Origin: Phyllosticta citribraziliensis
Lineage: Eukaryota
Length of the DNA stretch: 64,000 bases
Direction of reading: 5' to 3'
Assembly: GCF_038025025.1 (NCBI RefSeq)
Contig: NW_027117352.1
Coordinates: 248,001-312,000, forward strand
The notes under the pieces are model-generated. The model did no database searches, was not told the origin of the DNA, and saw only the letters and a list, made by a program, of their open reading frames with translations. A program made the position numbers and the translations under genes. Shown here in pieces: positions 11,300-23,700 of this stretch; the stretch's first letter is position 1, and every line of letters begins with the position of its first letter.

Positions 11300-12959
11300 A
11301 TGACGGGCGACTCAAAGTCAGCAGATGTCGAGAATTTCCACACTGAGAAGGTCGACTACTCGTACCAACAGACTGCTAGTCCTAATGGCATCACTCAAGA
11401 AGATTTCGACTTCCTCAACAACTTTCCTGACGAGAAGAGAAAGAAGATCCTCAGAAAGGTGGACGTACGTATCGGAAGACAACTGACCTTTGCGGGGAGA
11501 ATTGACGACTGACCTGTTGCAGTTACGATTGATGCCCATGCTGACGCTCTTGTATCTTGTCGCCTACATTGACAAGACCAACATCGGGAATGCCAAAATC
11601 GAAGGCATGACCGAGGACTTGCATCTGAGAGGTCTCGAATACAACATCGTTGTGGCCATCTTCTTCATTCCCTTTATCCTTTGTGGTAAGTTTGGCAACT
11701 TTACGAATTGATGACTTCTGACAGCGTCTGTGGCAGAGGTTCCATCCAACATGATCCTGTACAAGTTCGCTCGACCGTCAATATACATCGGATCAATCGT
11801 CCTCGCTTGGGGCACCATCATGACACTCACCGGCATCGTGCAAAACTACGCAGGGCTTTTGGCAATCAGGTTTCTCCTCGGCATCTTCGAGGCCGGTTTC
11901 TTGCCCGGCGCGATTCTGATCATCTCAAACTGGTACCTTCCCAACGAGACGCAAGTCCGAATAGCGCTGCTTTACACGTCCGCTGCCACCGGAGGCGCAT
12001 TCTCTGGCTTGCTGGCTTTCGCCATTGCCAACATGTCCGGCGTGGCTGGTCTGCGTGGTTGGCGCTGGATCTTCATCATCGAGGGCATCTTCACCGTCGC
12101 CGTTGCCGTCATGTGCTTCTTCCTGCTCTGCGACACTCCGGCGCTGTCTTCTGGGTGGCTTGACGCCGAAGAGATCCGGTACCTGGAGCTTCGTCAAATC
12201 AGCCGACGCGCCCAGATGCCGAGCGAATACAAGGAGAGTGACGGCGGCCACTTCAACTTGAAAATCTTCAGGGACATCTTGTTCGACTGCAAGATCTACC
12301 TCCTCACCTTCGCCAGCTGGTCCAACGCCGTTCCAAACTACGCCATGAAGTTCACCATGCCCTCGATTCTGACGGGCATGGGCTACGCCAACTCGGCCGC
12401 GCAACTCATGACCATCCCCCCGTACGCAATCGGCGCCGTCTCCGCGTTCGGCTTCGCCATCTTTGCGGACCGCACGTCGTGGCGCTACCCCTTCCTCGTC
12501 GGCCCGCAGCTCTGCATCATCACAGCCTTCGTCATCCTCTTTGCCATGTCGGGCGACATCAAGGACAACGTCGCCGTCTGCTACTTTGCAGTGTGTCTGG
12601 CGTGCTTTGGCATGTATCCCGTCCTGCCCAGCGTCAACGCGTGGAACGTCGCCAACACGCCCGACCCGGCCAAGCGCTCCGTCAGCATCGGACTGCTCGT
12701 GTGCACGGGCAACGTTGGCGGGCTCGTCGGCTCGTACATCTACCTCGACAAGGAGGCGCCGCGCTACCCGACTGGCTACGGCACGTCGCTCGCTTTCGGT
12801 GGAGCTGGTATCATCGCAGCCACGTGCCTGGAGCTGTTGCTGAAGAGAGCGAATCGCAAGAAGGCCGCGATATCGGAGGAAGAAATTCATCGCGCATTCA
12901 CAGCGGAAGAGCTGCGGCAGATGGGCGAGAAGAGTCCTCTCTTCATGTATGCACTGTGA
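11300..12959 (+). CDS. MFS transporter, anion:cation symporter (Dal5/Tna1-like) family
   Basis: RKVD|LRLMP, DKTNIGNAKI, EVPSN, RFLLGIFEAG, GWRWIFIIEG and APRY motifs. Introns at 11465-11522 and 11686-11736. Confidence 0.93.
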
Positions 12960-13787
12960 ACAGGGGTAGTAGCGAATGGAGAATACTGCCGCACTCCATA
13001 TCCGCATGATCCAGTTGAAGATGCCATGCAAGCTTCTCGATGGCCTCAGTCAAAACTTGAGACTCGTTCCAGCACGATGCCTGGGCTGTCATCTCTCCAC
13101 TGCTCCGTCGCGAGGCCGCAGCATTCCTCTCCCGCTCTGATTCCTCTCGCTAGACGCAAGGGGCAGGTATTCCACGCGCGCATTCACATGCTCCAGTCCC
13201 AAGAAAGTGAAAAGCAAAAGACAAGAAAGAAGAATAAAGGCGTCGCTGGCCGAAGCATGTAAGTCATGGTTTACTAAACACGCGCAGCGACGCGAAAGAA
13301 GCTTTTCCGCCGCGACTGTTGAATGCTGTTGGACAACGGTCGAAGGTCAGCATGGGGGTGCTACTACTCCCATGCGTCTACCAGCGAAAAAATGCCCGTC
13401 GAACGGAAAAGCTCTTACACAGCTCAAACGAAGCACCCCAATTCTCCACACCACCCGCAAAAAAAGAAAGGAACCGAAGAAGAAGTAGTAGCGCGAGCGT
13501 CGAAAGAAAAACTGGCTCAGCGCACCAACCATCTCGCAGCGCGCAGCGCGCAGCAAGCAGCAAGCCTCGGCTACGAGCAGAGTGGACCAGGGGGGCACCC
13601 CGCAGCGGAGAACGGGCGGGAGCTACCCGGATTACTATCCACCTTTTTGTGGCCGCCGGCCATGGATGTGCCCAATGGCGCGGCGCGCGATGTAAACAAG
13701 ATGGGCGGCACTCGTCGTTTGGTGGGTGGATGTGTGCAATCCGGCGATGCTTGCGCCCACGACTGCGATTGAGACTGCTGCGACGAA

Positions 13788-13818
<31 letters not shown>

Positions 13819-13964
13819 GCGCTGGACTGCTGCGATTTGTATAGTGCAGCACCCAACCAGCAGACGACCCCACAGACCTCCAGAGGTACCTCACCAACCT
13901 CTAAAGCTCCCAACGCTCCCCAGCAAGCACCAAGCGCACTACCACCACCACCACCACCACCACC
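13788..13964. repeat. Microsatellites (GAC)n at about 13788-13815 and (CCA)n at about 13939-13964, directly before the ATG
   Basis: Visible trinucleotide runs. Confidence 0.85.
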
Positions 13965-15801
13965 ATGGCACCCGCAACGCCCAGCACAACGCACACGCGC
14001 GCGGCCGTCAGCGCGCACAACAGCTTGTCGGACCTCTGGACAATCATTGACCACCGCGTCTACGACCTCAGCGACTTCGCCGACGCGCACCCAGGCGGCT
14101 CAATCGTGCTGCAGCAAGTGGCCGGCACGGACGCGACGACGGCTTTCTACAACCTGCACCGGCACGAAGTGCTGTCGCAATTCGACGACCTGTGCATCGG
14201 CACCGTCGAGGGCGAGACGCCCGAGGTCGTCGACGTCGGCGTCGGCGAGCTGAGCCCCGTCCCGTATGCCGAGCCCATGTGGCTGCGGCCGGCTTTCCAC
14301 TCGCCGTATTATGGCGACAGTCATAAGAGGCTAAGGAGAGAGGTGCGCGAGTTTGTGGAGCGCTGGGTCAAGCCCGAGGCGCAGGCGTGCGAGGCCAGCG
14401 GCAAGCACATTAGCCAGGAGCTGATTGATCGCATGGCGGCGACGAATGTGTTGGCGATGCGCTTGGGGCCCGGGCGCCATTTGCACGGGCGGAAGCTGCT
14501 TGAGGGCGCGGTTGAGGGGGATAAGTTTGATTATTTTCATGACTTGATCGTGTCGCAGGAGATGACGAGGAATAATGCGAGAGGATTTCAGGTAGGCGCG
14601 CTTTGCTGATGGGTTGGGCTCTGAAAGCGATGGCTGACTTGCTGCAGGATGTACGACGACGTCCCGTCAAACATGTCGAGCGAGTGCTAACGTGATCAGG
14701 GCAACATGGCTGGCTTGGTGATTGGGTTGACGGCAGTGAAAGAGTGGGCGAGGGACAAGGAATTGAGGGACAGAGTGACCGAGGAATGCTTGACGGGAAA
14801 GAAGAAGATCTGCCTGGCCATTACCGAGGCCTTTGCTGGTCTGTCGCGTCACCCAATATTGCTGTGAAGCCAAACACTGACGCGTGGCACAGGCAGCGAT
14901 GTGTCCGGCATCCGGACGACTGCCAAAAAGACTGCCGACGGCAAGCACTACATCATCAGCGGGACCAAAAAGTGGATTACCAATGGCATGTTCAGCGACT
15001 ATTTTGTCGTCGGCTGCAGGACAGAAAAGGGCTTCTCGGTCATTCTCGTCGAAAAGGGCGACGATGTCGACACCAAGCCCATCAAGACGTCGTACTCGAG
15101 TACGGCTGCCACAACCTTTATCGAGTTTGACAATGTCAAGGTGCCTGTAAACCACTTGCTTGGCGAGGAGCACAAGGGATTCAAAGTCATCATGTCCAAT
15201 TTCAACCACGAGCGGTGGGGCATGGCGGCTGCGGCGCTGCGCTTCAGCCGAACCATTGTCGAAGAGTGTCTCAAGTGGTCGAACCAGCGCATCGTCTTTG
15301 GCAAGAAGCTTGCCGAGCAGCCAGTCATCAGGCAAAAGTGTGTGGCCCCGATCTTTTTCCCGTCCCCAAGCTCTTGTGGCTGACACTGAGAGCACACAGG
15401 CTTGCCAAAATGATTTCCCTGGTCGAGAGCGGCCAAGCATGGCTGGAGCAAATTACCCAACAAATGTGCCAAATGAGTTACGAGGAGCAGGCTAGACACC
15501 TCGGCGGTCCGATTGCGCTGCTCAAGGTGTTTGCGACGCGGACGACGCACGAGGTATGAGAATGCGACGGTTAGGTCAGAGCGTGTAGTCGACAGGTTCG
15601 CTAACGGTTCAACTCCAGGTTGCCGACGAAGCGGCTAACATATTCGGCGGCCGTGCCCTCACGCAGAGCGGAATGGGGAAGCTGGTGGAACAGTTTTCGC
15701 GAACGCACAAGTTCGACGCCATTTTGGGTGGCACAGAGGAGATCTTGGCCGACTTGGGAGTGCGGCAGGCGTTGAAGGAGATGCCAAAGGCCATGCTTTA
15801 G
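13965..15801 (+). CDS. Cytochrome b5 / acyl-CoA dehydrogenase fusion protein
   Basis: N-terminal b5 domain (VYDLSDFADAHPGG) followed by ACAD motifs CLAITEAFAGSDV, GTKKWITNG, NFNHERW and AILGGTEEIL. Exons: 13965-14591, 14648-14650, 14700-14838, 14893-15337, 15400-15553, 15619-15801. The protein ends KAML. Confidence 0.92.
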
Positions 15802-17127
15802 AGTATGTAGCGGGCCGGGGATGCGACAGATTTCAATGTTGGCAAATATTGACAGATGCTAAGATGATTGTGCACCCGTGACAAGTCAATGCGTCGCACG
15901 GCAAGACTTGGGCATCATGTGTGTCCAAGGGGGATGATGGGTTTTGTGGCACGACGATGGTTGGAGTGTTGGCGCAAGAATCAGGTGCAGGCGTTGCAGA
16001 ATGGGGGCCAGCGGACAGAAAGCCAACGTGCCTGCGTCCGTGTCGCGCGACGGCTGCGTCAAGCAAAGGATGGTACGGGTTGGAGATGGGGTCGACGGCG
16101 GTGGAGTGGAGTGGATACGTCCGTTGCGACGCCTTAGGATGCAGACCGAGGGAATAGCTTCATGTCGACAGTCGGCGATTCGAGCGACGTCAGCGCCAAG
16201 GTGGGACAGGTGTGGGTGGCAGAACGAACGGTAGCTATGCATGTCGCGCATTAGGTTGCATGAGGCGGACCCGGTTCCAAAAAGTCTACAGGGCGTGCGA
16301 CGGGGGGAGAAAAGGTACCTGGAGATGGGGGGTGAGCATGGGAGGAGAAGAGATGTGTGTCGATGGACAGAGAGGAGCAGAAGTGAAAGTAGTACGAGAG
16401 GTGGTGGTACTCCTAGGGGAGAGCCGTGGTCGAGGCCAGGGCGGCGGCCCGGCGGCGCAGCCCTGGCCGCATCAAGAGCCGCAGGCATTGGATTCGCGTC
16501 GAGAGGTCCCGATGGCCTGCTGATGATTGATGAAGTTCGGCGGCTGACACGACGTGGAGGCGTGTAAAGCAACCAAGTGGCGGGCGACGATGGGATGGGA
16601 TGGGACAGGACAGGACAGATGAGGCGGGCGGCAGAGACGAATCGACTGATGGATGAGTGGAGTGGGCACCAACGGGCGGGAGGTGTTGCGATGGTCCAAG
16701 GCGGCGGCAAGCTCTCCGCCCAAGTACAGTAGGGGACAGTCAGTCAGTAGCAGTCTGGACTCTGGACACTCCCTGGCCTTACCTTACCGCCTTCCATTGC
16801 GCTGCTCATCGCCCAGGGCAGGTCAGTGCATCCTTCATAAGCACCCGGACCCGTCAACCCCATCCCATCCGCACCCAACGGCACCCTTTCACCCTCCCTC
16901 CTGCTTAATCACCGCCAAACGCCACTACAAATACCCGCCTGCCCTCGCCCGAGCCTCCCTCTCGATCCCCATTCGACACCTCACCCTTCCGCTTTCATCA
17001 ACCTCGCTGCCACCTGAGCCTGCCTTTCTTCGCTTGTCGCTCCGCTGCTGCTACTACCCGTCGCTCTCCTCACCTCACCCCGACTCGACCCAACACCACC
17101 TCACCTACGGCCCTCTTGCTCGCCATC

Positions 17128-17707
17128 ATGCGCTCCAACAGCATCACGTCCGTCTCGTCGTCCTCGTCCGCCTGGGAAAATGAAGACTCGATGCAAATCT
17201 TCGTCAAGAACGTCGCCGGCGAGAGTAGGTGGACCCCCGATGACTCCACGTCTCCAACCTCCGCAACGTCGTTCTAACCTCAACCCCCTAGCCTTTCCCC
17301 TCACAGTGCCGTCGAGCACGTCGATAGAAACCCTCAAGAGCCTCCTTGCCCTCCGCACAAACCTTCCCTCGACAGACCTCCGCCTCGTCCACGCCGGCAA
17401 GCACCTGACGTCACCCGACTCGACCCTCGCCGACTACTCCATCTCCCGCGACTCGACGCTGCACCTCGCACTGCCCGTGCGGGGCGGCATGCCGCCCAAG
17501 AAGATCCGCTGCAGCTACAAGGACTGCAAGGACATTGCGCAACGCATCGTGGGCGACTGCGGCTTTTGCTCCGGCCACTTCTGCGGCCGCCACCGTCTCC
17601 TCGAGGACCACAAATGCGAGGGCCTGGAGGACTGCAAGAAGGAGAGCCACGAACGCAACGCCGACAAGCTCAACTCGGAGAGGACCGTCGCCATCCGCGG
17701 CATCTAA
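17128..17707 (+). CDS. Ubiquitin-like domain + AN1-type zinc finger protein
   Basis: Ser-rich leader MRSNSITS..., then MQIFVKNVAGE|TFPLTV (intron 17225-17291), LRLVHAGKHL and LHLALPVRGG. The AN1 finger follows: CSYKDC...CGFCSGHFCGRHRLLEDHKC. Confidence 0.88.
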
Positions 17708-20700
17708 GCCACCACGCCTCTTCTTCCTGACACGATACGGACAAGGATTATCAACACGGGGCGTTCGGAGTCAACATGGTATCTTTGACATTTGCTGATT
17801 GATTTTGCTCTTTTCGGTCGCTGTTCTTGAGCGTTTTGTTATGGTCGCAAGCGGGGTTGATGGGCCTTGGATTCGACTTCTTTCCTCTCTCTCTCTTCTC
17901 TCTCGCTTTCCGGCCTCATTCTGCGAGCAGTAGATGGGGCACTTGTCTACACTGATGAATATCTGGTCTGGAGACAGCCTTTTTAATTGCGCCAAAAAGC
18001 GCTTCATCATCACGACGTGGCCTGAGACATGTGAAGTGCGTGCATACGAAAGACTTTTGCTGTGACACAGAATGGCTGAGCATGTGGCGTTCAGCCCGTG
18101 GTTGCACAGGACCGCTTGCGGAGAGGTCAAGGTATTGGAGCTCCAGGGCAGAAGGTATTGGTTGCTCCAGCACACAAAACTGGATAGCCAGTGGTTTGCA
18201 ACAGGCATCGCAACAGGGCAAAATAGACCGAAACGGAGCGATAGCGTCTCGAGCAGGTATTGGTGTCATGTCAGCCTGTCGTCGGGTCTCCCTCCTTATC
18301 ACCGCAGGCCGGCCGGCCTGAACGGACCACCGTCACGCGACAAAAGCCCCTGGTCCACCTAGTACCGTGCTGTACTATACCTTACGAGCTTTGGGCGGGC
18401 AGTCAAACCACAGCGCAGCGCATCCCAATCCATATAGAGGCGCGCTCTCTCATCACGACTCAACCTCCTGTGACTGCTACTGACGATACACAATCGCCGC
18501 CAACAAGATGGTGGAGCAATCCTTCGACAACGGCCACTGCGCTGTCGAAACACGCACCCACGCCAGCGGCAGCCCAGCCCAGCCCAGCCCAGCCCAGCCG
18601 ACCAAATTGGACAGGCAGTTCTTTTACCTCAGATGACCAGCAGCCAGCAGCAGCGGCAGCAGGCTTGCACAATACTCAGGCGCAGGAACGCCCCGGCCAT
18701 GGATGATGGATGTCGCCCGCCGTTGCTTGGTACCGTAGCTTTGGCGCAGCGCAAGCCGCCGTGTCGTCGGTGGCGCTGAGATCGAGTCGCGCGTGCGGGC
18801 GCTCGAGTCTGTTTGTTTGCCCTGTCTTTCAACCATGGCCATCTGCGGTCTGCGCCATCTTCACCACCATTGCTGCTGCTGCAAACGACTCGGTTCTTGC
18901 TCTCGCGATCCGCGACAGCGATGGCGTGGCGGCGGCAGGGCAACAAAGCCGCACTCGACTCGACTCCACCCAAGCACAGCGAGGTCCCACTTCGGCCAGA
19001 TGGGACCTTTCGTCATCTATCGCCAGAGTTTGCTATGCTGAGCACAGCAAGGCCGAGCGGCGAGCAAGCTTTGGTGGTGTTTCGACGTCCTTCTCTCATT
19101 TGCTCTCGCCTCCTCATCTTCCTCCTGCGCCCGCTGCCGTCGTCTCCGGGGCCCGTGGCAGTGGCAGTGGCGCGGCGGGCGGAGCGTGGCGAGCGTGGCT
19201 GACGCTTCCGGCGGCGCCGCCGTCATCTCATCCGCGCCCTCTTCACCACGGCACTGGAGCTTGACGGTGGCTGGCTGGCGGGCTGGACGGGCGCGTCGTC
19301 TCACTATTCGCGCGCTTCCTTCGACTTCGACACGGGAATGCGGCGGTCGATGCATGGAGTGATGGTGCATTCGCTCGCTTTTCGGGAAGGCTGGCGGGCT
19401 GCCAGACGCATTCGCTGCCCAGTCCGGCAAAACCGTTGAGACGCGTGTGAGATGGGGCCATGCGTTGCGCCGTTATCGCGCACCATCGTGGCGCAATCTT
19501 GGTGGTCGTGGTGTGGTGTTGTCGACTGGCCGATGCCATCCGTCTGTCGTTCTGTCAATTCGTCAGTCTGGGTGCCCGCTCCACTCGCTCTCCGCATGGC
19601 AGAACAGCGACCGACGACGACGACGACACCGTCCTTACAACACGAAACATTTTCATCGCTCCAACGTCTAGAAAGACAGCACAGCAGAACATCTCTCCGC
19701 TCCCGCAGTCCTTCCCGACCTTGACCCTGGTCCTGGTCCTTCGTTCCCCTGGCCTCGCAGCTCGCTGCCAGTCATGCCCACCTCAGGCTCAGGGTCCCCC
19801 GGCTCCACTCGTCAGGTCCATCAGATCCAGGTCCAGGTCCAGGTGGTCCCTTGCCCCCACCCTTTTTTCCGCACGCACCGTTGGTGATGACGCATGATCG
19901 TCGCCAGTCGTCCCTTTTTGTCAGAGCCGGAGTCATGATGAGTGATGTCGATGGCTTCGCTGCCTCTGCGATTGCGGGCTTTGGTGTTGGCTGCATTACT
20001 CATGCGCGCCCGTTTTGATGGGTATCGCGTGGTTGGCCCTGAGCTGGTTGCTTGCTCTTGGGCGAGCGATGACGATGTCGTGGCGGTCGTTGCGGCGTGA
20101 GGTCTCTCGTCGCGGGAACGACACACGCCAAATGATGACGACGACGCTGAACGAATGATGGCGAGATGTTCTTCACTAATTTCTTTTCTTTTTCAAACTT
20201 TTTGCAACGCCGTCGCCCATTCGTCCCGCCACCGTCTTCCGCGCGCCACAACCTCTTCCGCTCGGCTCACGGCTCCGATCCGGCTCCAGGTGTTCCATAC
20301 TCCGAGTCCTACCCAGGTCGCCAAAGTTATGACAGTACCGACAAGAGGCGAGTAGACCGTGTACAACCCATAACCTCGGATGTGCCCGACACCATCGGCG
20401 CTCGCCCTCGCGCATCTCCACCACGCGAGGTGGCCCTGTCTGCCCGCCTGCCCGCCTGTGATGTTCGACTTTGTCGTACGTCACACACAAACGCCCCGGA
20501 CTCTCGATTCTGCCTGCGGCTCTTCGGAGACGTCGTGAGGTGTAAGTTGTGGGGTCCAGGCCAGGCGGACCACGGGCAGGGCCTCCCCAGCTCGTCGGCA
20601 GTCTGTGCCTGGCCTACGCCGGAGGGGGCGCTCGTCATCCTGCAGCTGGACCCTCGTTCGGGGCGGGTATCAAGACTGGTGGACGGCGTGGCGTTGCAGG

Positions 20701-23700
20701 TACCTCCTCAACGTCGGCCTGTGCCATGTTATCAGCCAATAAAAGAGCGGGAGGGCGGGTTTCCGGATGTGGCAGTCGGGTCGTGGCGGCGGCACGACGG
20801 ACGGACGCATGGCGAGATGCGGTATTGCACGGCGTGACTGGCTGGCGCTGTTGTGTCTTCGCAGACAGAGCATTGCTGAGGGTGAGCGTCGCTGCCCGAA
20901 AATGCTGCTTTGGTCCTGAGCTCGATGCTATCGCCGGCTTTGCTTGCGAGATGCAGGCTCACCGTCGTCGACGTGGATTCGGTTGTTCATCGACTCGCGG
21001 TGTTCGCCGCTGGGGACAGCTGGCTTTTGAGCTTGGACGGCTTAGAGTACAGCAAGAGTCTTTGGAGCGGGACTGATGTGCCGACTCGAGTCGACGCTCG
21101 TCTCGTCAACTGGACCAACAGCAGCTTGGATGACAGCTTCCCAAACCCACACTGTCTCTCGGCTATCCTCTTCGAATGCCTCTTTGTTGAGTTGGGTCCT
21201 GTGATGACCAAACCCTTCTCCGGTTTGCGATGAAGACCAGCTGCCTCGGGGAGCTTCGAATGCATTCGTCGACGAATATGGCTTATCGAAGATGAATGAG
21301 TTCATTTTGTTGGCAGATTGTTGAAGACTTCGATGCAGTCGGAGTCGAATCTCGTTTGCTCGCAAGGTGGTCTTTGGTCGACTTCGATCAGGAAATTTCG
21401 TCGGCATTGAGCAACTTGGCAACGCGGTGGCCTCTCGTCTCTTCTCAACTCTTCTCGCCTCGAGTATCACTGCTTTCCAGATTTCGAGGGATATAGGCGT
21501 TATCGGCAACCTGCGACCGGCGGGTCGCGCGTTTTCATTTGCTGGTGTTCCACCGACGGTGAGCCTAGCCTAGACAAGAAAGAGAAAAGGATTCGCCGGT
21601 CGCCAGACAGCTTTTGAGGAGAGCACTGAGTTTTAGAAAGCCCTCGACGGCTCGCTTTGCCGTTTTCGTCCAAGAAAGAGCCTCTTGAACATCCTCGTTC
21701 AAGGACTCTCAGCAATCCCACGGCATGGTGGCTTCGGGACATATCAGGTCAGACTAATGGAACTGAGCTCTTGCCGCCGCTCTGCGTAAACCCATCTGAT
21801 GGGGACCGGAACCGTACAGATCTTGTGCAAATCTCCACCTGGAACGAATCGTCTGGCTTGCGACCGCGAACGCGGTGCACCGAACTCACGCTCCATCGTC
21901 ACTTGGTCTGTGGCTAAGAACACTCACGATCGAAGACTCGGCATGGCAGATCTGTATAATGAGACGAGTCAGTCCTCCGTCTGGAATCTTTGGTTCACGA
22001 ACTGGGCAGTCCATCTCGAGCATTTCCAGCTCTCCCAGCCTTTCGATACTAACCTTGTCATCCTTTTCCTTTCTCTTGAAAGTCTTTACCTTGATACGTG
22101 CCAATTCTTCAAAGAGCGGCCTTGAACAGGCGTGGAACTGGGACGGTCAGAAGTTGTCTTGTTGGGTGGCCACCAAGACAGGCTCATGCTTCACCAGGGG
22201 ACGAATTCCCTGGCTTTGATTGCCGAGCAGGGTGCCAATCGCAAAGGGATGAGCTGAAAATCCAACCAAGAGCTAACCACAGGGTCAGCCATAATCTTTC
22301 GGGGCAATCCGGTAAAGGCCCATTTCTAGAGCAAAAGATGTTGCTCAAACATGCTCCAGCGCTCCAGAAGGCCTGCAGGCAAATCGCATCTGCGACCGGG
22401 CGACGTATGCAAGCCGCGTAATGTCTCCGAGACTGTTCCCGCAGAGCTTTTGCCAAGCAGCAGTCTCTCCGGGGGCGTCGTCAGCGTCGCTGAGGAGCAA
22501 CCTACATTGCGGGTCGAATCAAGACCAAAACACGGCAAGGATGACATCGATGGCGCTGAGGCTCTTTGCTAAGCAATGCCACCAAACTCTGCTGACTCGG
22601 TGGTTTGAAGGGCCTCGACGACGACATGCGATTTTTGATCACGGCCCAAAAACTTTCGATCGACCTGCTCTCGCGTCAGCGTGTTGACGGCACGGTACCG
22701 AGGTCAACGACGAGAATCGAGTGCCGCGCTGGCTCGCTCGCTCGCGATGTCTCGGATTTCATCAATGGCATGCAAGACTAGACAAGGACGACAGGGCCTC
22801 ATGCGGATGCTTTCGGCCTGTCACATGCATTTGCGAAATAGCGCGACCAACGGTTTAAATGACGTACATTATCTAAGCAACCATGGGCGCTCCGCAAGCC
22901 TCTTGGCCAGCATACCGTTGGGCTTGGCGCCAAACTTTTCGGCACCTGGACTGCTGGACGAGACGAGCTGAAGGCTGGCGTCTGGTCACGATGCAGTGCG
23001 GCTGCGGTAGGCGGAGTCAAGCACCACGGGGGCAAGAATTGGCTTTTCTTGATTGAGCGCGAAAAGCTTCGGGTTCGGTCGAGGCTCAAGGCCGAAAAAG
23101 AGCTGGGGAAATGCTCGTCTAGCATTCAACGACGGAAAAAGCTGATTGGACGTTTGCTCGCCCGCCCGCGCGGAATACACCTGAAGACCAAATAAAGCGA
23201 TGGGCTACGATTGACGGCCCAATACACCGATGACAGCTGAGGATCGATGGGCTAGGTCCCGCCGTGCGATGGTGATGCCCTGCACTCACTGGCCGGCTGG
23301 CTCTGGGACGATTTGAAATCAAGACAAACAACGGCTTTGCTTTTTGGCTGCTCGCCTCGCCCTTGGCGGGGAGAACCGGAAACCCTCGGGCAGCATGCAC
23401 GGAGCCTCTAGACTTGACGTCTCACGGGACTCTCTCTACAATGGTGGTAGTGCAGGGACATGTCACTATTGTCTTGTGAAGACGGGGCCAGCAGCAGCTC
23501 TGGCTCTGGCCAAACACGTCCTCGATGATTCCGAAGGGGGTATCAACGCGCTGCTGACAAGTCTCGCAGAACGTGTTTGATGTTCGCTGTCAGATTCCAA
23601 AAATTGTAACGCGCACATGGGCTTGGCCGCAATCCCGTTTGTCTGGGTGTGCTGGTCTCATGCAGCGTGCGCGCGCAGTCTCCGCCAAGGCGTGTCGGCG

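Noticed and set aside
11925..13031. 368-aa antisense ORF over the ACS transporter, and similar long antisense ORFs (36994-38091, 57671-59086, 62724-63623, 64-945)
   Set aside because: These are shadow ORFs caused by high GC3 codon bias of the real genes on the opposite strand and show no motifs.
13319..14050. 243-aa ORF with poly-Arg and poly-His
   Set aside because: It is an artefact of the (GAC)n and (CCA)n microsatellites in the promoter/5'UTR of the b5-ACAD gene.
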